Source: Bacteroidia bacterium (GTDB taxonomy: Bacteria > Bacteroidota > Bacteroidia > UKL13-3). Taken from it: a stretch of DNA of 64,000 nucleotides. The translations under genes were made by a program, and so were the position numbers. Under the pieces are notes generated by a model. That model was not told the origin of the DNA. It did not search any database and worked only from the letters and a program-made list of their open reading frames with translations. Where the stretch lies: the NCBI GenBank assembly GCA_041675505.1, contig JBAYTR010000015.1:4972-68971 (forward strand). Reading direction: 5' to 3'. Every line of letters begins with the position of its first letter. Positions within the stretch are counted from its first letter, which is position 1. Positions 60,886 through 64,000 of the stretch are shown here, one piece after another.

Positions 60886-60935
60886 ACTTACAACATTTAT
60901 TTGGGTCTGTCAAGTATATAGTTACCTGATAAATT

Positions 60936-61544
60936 TTATGGAATGAACCGTTCGCTGGTTTTGTGCTTGCCGGTGAGGTCGTGCCCGCTGATGTCGAGGT
61001 ACTCGATATTGGGTACCCAAAAGGAGCCCCCTACAATGTGAACATAAACCCGGTCGAGCTGACTCAACCTCCCGTTGATGTAAGTGTACACATGGTATTT
61101 ATGGTCGTGTTCTGAACGGATAAGGTAAAGATTTTTTTTGCGGTAACTCACAAACGTAAGCAGGTACGATTGTTTTTCGGCATTTACCAGCGTAGCATTT
61201 AAACCGTAAGCATACTTTTTCTGAATGATGGTAAGGTCTTCCTTCTGGTTTTGTTCGGCATAACACTGCCAGTATATTTTCACCGGCATTTGAGGGTTTG
61301 GTTTTCCATCAGGCCGCAGGTTTACTTCGTACATAATGGTATTGGTATTTACACTGCGCTGTATGTAAAACAACTGGTGCTCAAATCGGGGAACAGGAAA
61401 AGAATCAGGAACAGTTTTTACACTTTTTTGTACGGGAGAAACAAGGTGAGTAGCCGGTTCTTTAACCAACCACCACACAGACATTGCAGACATGGTCCCG
61501 ATACTGAAAATAAGTGTACGAAAAAAAATCATGAAAGGCTGCAA
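60936..61544 (-). CDS. Hypothetical protein with an N-terminal TM/signal segment.
   Basis: N-terminal hydrophobic segment (..LIFSIGTMSAMSVWWLV). Its stop codon lies 1 bp from the transposon TSD. Confidence 0.5.
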   Translation of the reverse strand: MQPFMIFFRTLIFSIGTMSAMSVWWLVKEPATHLVSPVQKSVKTVPDSFPVPRFEHQLFYIQRSVNTNTIMYEVNLRPDGKPNPQMPVKIYWQCYAEQNQKEDLTIIQKKYAYGLNATLVNAEKQSYLLTFVSYRKKNLYLIRSEHDHKYHVYTYINGRLSQLDRVYVHIVGGSFWVPNIEYLDISGHDLTGKHKTSERFIP

Positions 61545-61599
61545 ATTTAAGATTATGCTTTTACAAAGTACTCATAAAATTTGCAAGGGCCATAAAGCA

Positions 61600-61628
61600 A
61601 GAAACCCCGCATAAAGCGGGGTTCTTGT
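61600..61628 (-). terminator. Terminator-like hairpin downstream of the acyl-CoA dehydrogenase gene, with stem AACCCCGC / GCGGGGTT.
   Basis: A perfect 8-bp GC-rich stem with a 5-nt loop, followed on the minus strand by a moderately U-rich tract. Confidence 0.5.
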
Positions 61629-61671
61629 GCAAATCAAATGTTCAAATCCTTTTTAGGGGATGTCTTAATTC

Positions 61672-62811
61672 TTACCGGAGTATCTCGCGGGAGATAACTA
61701 TTTTTTGTACTTCAGAAGTACCCTCGTAAATCTGGGTGATTTTGGCATCACGCATCAAACGCTCCACGTGGTACTCTTTAACGTAACCGTAACCACCGTG
61801 AACTTGCACGGCTTCTGTAGTTACGTTCATAGCAGTGGTAGAGGCAAACAACTTAGCCATAGAACTGGCCAGGGCATATTCTTTATGTTCGTCTTTTAAC
61901 CAGGCCGCTTTTAAGCACAACAAACGAGCTGCTTCAATCTCGGTAGCCATATCAGCTAATTTGAATTGAATTGCCTGGTGGTTTTTGATTTCAGTACCAA
62001 AAGCTTTACGCTCTTTAGAATATTTTACGGCCAGTTCATAAGCACCGCTGGCTATACCTAAAGCCTGAGAGGCAATGCCTATTCGGCCACCTGCCAGTGT
62101 TTTCATGGCAAAAGTGAATCCGAATCCGTCTTCACCAATGCGGTTTTCTTTAGGCACCTTCACATCCTGAAACATGATGGAGTGTGTATCGCTGGCGCGA
62201 ATACCCATTTTTTGTTCTTTTTTACCAACGGTAACACCGGGCCAGTTTTTCTCTACAATAAAGGCGTTAATACCTTTGTGTTTTTTATCGGGATGCGTTT
62301 GTGCAATTACCAGATACGTATCGGCAGTATTGCCACAGGTAATCCAATTTTTGGTTCCGTTGAGCAGGTAGTAATCACCCTTGTCTTCAGCAGTGGTGCG
62401 TTGTGAGGTTGCATCAGAACCGGCTTCGGGTTCTGAAAGCAAGAATGCTCCGTGAACCTTTCCGCTGGCCAATGGCACTAAATATTTCATCTTTTGCTCT
62501 TCATTGGCAAAGGTTTCTAAGCCCCAGCATACTAAAGAGTTGTTAACGGATATAACTACTGAAGTGGATGCATCCACTTTTGAAATTTCTTCCATCACCA
62601 ATACATACGATACCGTGTCCATGCCTGCACCGCCATACTTCGGATCAACCATCATTCCCATAAAGCCCATTTCGCCCAGTTTGCGAATTTGTTCCATTGG
62701 GAAAATCTGCTCCTCATCGCGCTCAATCACACCCGGCAGTAACTCAGTTTGTGCAAAGTCTCTGGCGGCTTGTTGAACCATTAATTGTTCTTCGGTTAGT
62801 TCTATGTTCAT
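61672..62811 (-). CDS. Acyl-CoA dehydrogenase (short/medium-chain type).
   Basis: Full-length ACAD pattern, including the ..YLLNGTKNWITC.. FAD/substrate region and a C-terminal ..VQVHGGYGYVKEY..ERLMRDAKITQIYEGTS catalytic Glu region. Confidence 0.9.
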   Translation of the reverse strand: MNIELTEEQLMVQQAARDFAQTELLPGVIERDEEQIFPMEQIRKLGEMGFMGMMVDPKYGGAGMDTVSYVLVMEEISKVDASTSVVISVNNSLVCWGLETFANEEQKMKYLVPLASGKVHGAFLLSEPEAGSDATSQRTTAEDKGDYYLLNGTKNWITCGNTADTYLVIAQTHPDKKHKGINAFIVEKNWPGVTVGKKEQKMGIRASDTHSIMFQDVKVPKENRIGEDGFGFTFAMKTLAGGRIGIASQALGIASGAYELAVKYSKERKAFGTEIKNHQAIQFKLADMATEIEAARLLCLKAAWLKDEHKEYALASSMAKLFASTTAMNVTTEAVQVHGGYGYVKEYHVERLMRDAKITQIYEGTSEVQKIVISREILR

Positions 62812-62906
62812 ATCAATATGTATTGTTAAGTAAAGGGTGCGAATTTACGTCTTTCTTAAAACATCGCAAACAGGTAAAGGTTCCGTATAGTTGAGGCCGT
62901 TTCCGG

Positions 62907-63398
62907 CTAACTTTGTTTAATTTTTTGCTCTATAGCCGAGGTGGAATAACCGGGCAGGTAATCAATAGTGGTTACTTTGCCTCCTTTGGCTGTTACTACA
63001 TCATAGCCCACAATATTTTCAGGCTGGTAGTCGCTGCCTTTTACCAAAACATCGGGCTGAACGGTTTTGATGAGTTCATACGGGGTAGGTTCGTCAAAGA
63101 GAATTACCGCACTCACACATTCCAACGCAGCGAGCAAATGCAAGCGGCTGTTTTGGTCCTGAATGGGGCGGTTGGGTCCTTTTAGTTTACTCACGCTGGC
63201 ATCGGTGTTTACGCCTATAAACAAGCGGTCGCCTAAGTCGGCAGCCTTGGTAAGGTAATCTATGTGGCCAAGGTGCAACAAATCAAAGCAGCCGTTGGTG
63301 AAAACAATTTTTTGGTTGGCATGTCTCCATTTATCAAGCAGTGCTGCGAGTTTATCGGGGGTAATAATTTTTTCTGCGGCAGCTTGCTGGTGGGTCAT
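62907..63398 (-). CDS. rfaE: D-glycero-beta-D-manno-heptose 1-phosphate adenylyltransferase (RfaE domain II-like cytidylyltransferase).
   Basis: FTNGCFDLLHLGHIDYL HxGH nucleotidyltransferase motif. Size is 163 aa. Confidence 0.8.
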   Translation of the reverse strand: MTHQQAAAEKIITPDKLAALLDKWRHANQKIVFTNGCFDLLHLGHIDYLTKAADLGDRLFIGVNTDASVSKLKGPNRPIQDQNSRLHLLAALECVSAVILFDEPTPYELIKTVQPDVLVKGSDYQPENIVGYDVVTAKGGKVTTIDYLPGYSTSAIEQKIKQS

Positions 63399-63400
63399 AT

Positions 63401-64000
63401 CTATGCTGATTTTTTTCTGTGTTGCAATAAAACCATCACAGAAGCAGCGGCTCCCAAAGCAAGCAATAAAATCATTTGTGCCCCGTGAACAATGGTAGCG
63501 TAAGCAATTCCATCGGCCTCAGGTACATTGAACAATAGCATGGATTGCATCACAGCAAAGTGGTAAGTACCGGCTCCGGCTCCGGGTGCAGGAACCACCA
63601 CGCCAATGGTACCAATGGCAAAAATGGTTAAACAACCTATAAAGTTAATGTGTGCGGTAGCTTCCATAGCAAACAGGCAGAAGTACATCATCAGTACATA
63701 ACATACCCAAATGGCAAACGATTGCAGAATAAACACCACCGGACGTTTCACCTTTTTCACACTCATCAACCCCTCGGTAAAACCTTTTACCACCTGCATC
63801 AGTTTTTTAACAATGCCCAGTTGCATCAAGCGCTTGCGTAAGGCAAAGAATAAAATTCCGCCTAACGCAATGGCAGAGAGTAAAACAGTTTTAACAGTAA
63901 TGAAGCTGTTTCCCGATGTGCTGGCTTCTTTGGGAGCAAACCTTTCTGATAGAAAAGCAGAGAGCATATCAAACTGCAGAAAGAATACAATAATCAGCAA
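63401..64000 (-). CDS. Flippase-like (UPF0104 / lysylphosphatidylglycerol-synthase TM-region-like) membrane protein. The CDS is 5' partial and continues past the window end.
   Basis: Polytopic membrane protein with Gly-rich TM helices (..VVVPAPGAGAGTYHFAV..). The ORF is open to the window edge. Confidence 0.5.
   Translation of the reverse strand: MLIIVFFLQFDMLSAFLSERFAPKEASTSGNSFITVKTVLLSAIALGGILFFALRKRLMQLGIVKKLMQVVKGFTEGLMSVKKVKRPVVFILQSFAIWVCYVLMMYFCLFAMEATAHINFIGCLTIFAIGTIGVVVPAPGAGAGTYHFAVMQSMLLFNVPEADGIAYATIVHGAQMILLLALGAAASVMVLLQHRKKSA

Larger units (their letters stand above)
58197..60926. mobile_element. IS1595-family transposon-like element (2730 bp) with 25-bp terminal inverted repeats and an 8-bp target-site duplication (TGATAAAT), carrying passenger genes.
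   Basis: Left end: GGTAATTATATACTTGACAGACCCA (58197..58221). The right end (60902..60926) is its reverse complement with one mismatch. An identical TGATAAAT sits at 58189..58196 and 60927..60934, and 8 bp is the IS1595-family TSD length. The transposase ORF is IS1595-type. The interior is AT-rich, roughly 33% GC against about 45% for the flanks. Confidence 0.85.

Overview
This 64-kb window looks like a Bacteroidota chromosome, probably Chitinophagia or Sphingobacteriia. The evidence is several T9SS C-terminal sorting domains, SprB-type repeats, a Bacteroidetes-style Rho with a long N-terminal insertion, a fused BCKDH E1 alpha/beta gene, and the absence of Shine-Dalgarno sequences. Most of the window is densely packed housekeeping sequence. 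It contains the mreB-mreC-mreD-mrdA-rodA cell-shape operon. Two sugar-nucleotide and LPS gene groups follow: fcl-gmd on the minus strand, and an N-acetyltransferase-galE-rfbB-rfbA-PMI run on the plus strand. Other recognisable genes are xerD, aroQ, rho, a lipoyl E2 gene, thyA, purH, an acyl-CoA dehydrogenase gene and the rfaE domain II gene. Between the hypothetical protein gene at 33007..34137 and a TonB-dependent receptor gene lies a clear TPP (thiamine pyrophosphate) riboswitch. Three regions stand out as non-housekeeping. (1) A tightly packed five-gene minus-strand operon at 45.6-51.2 kb. Its first two genes encode an E1-like adenylyltransferase (N-terminal extension, ThiF/MoeB fold) and a GNAT-fold protein, translationally coupled, followed by a 7TMR-DISM sensor kinase, a REC-HK hybrid and a stand-alone REC; a paralogous REC gene is transcribed divergently. 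This is the best candidate for an undescribed system. (2) A 2.73-kb AT-rich IS1595-family transposon at 58197..60926. It has 25-bp terminal inverted repeats and an 8-bp TGATAAAT target-site duplication. Its cargo includes a frameshifted transposase and a small protein combining a sigma-70 region-4-like HTH with an RpoA alpha-CTD-like domain. (3) A KirBac-like K+ channel gene interrupted by one in-frame TAA codon. A nested perfect palindrome sits downstream of rodA, and Rho carries an N/G-rich hexapeptide-repeat (RGN) prion-like insertion. No tRNA, rRNA or CRISPR array was seen.
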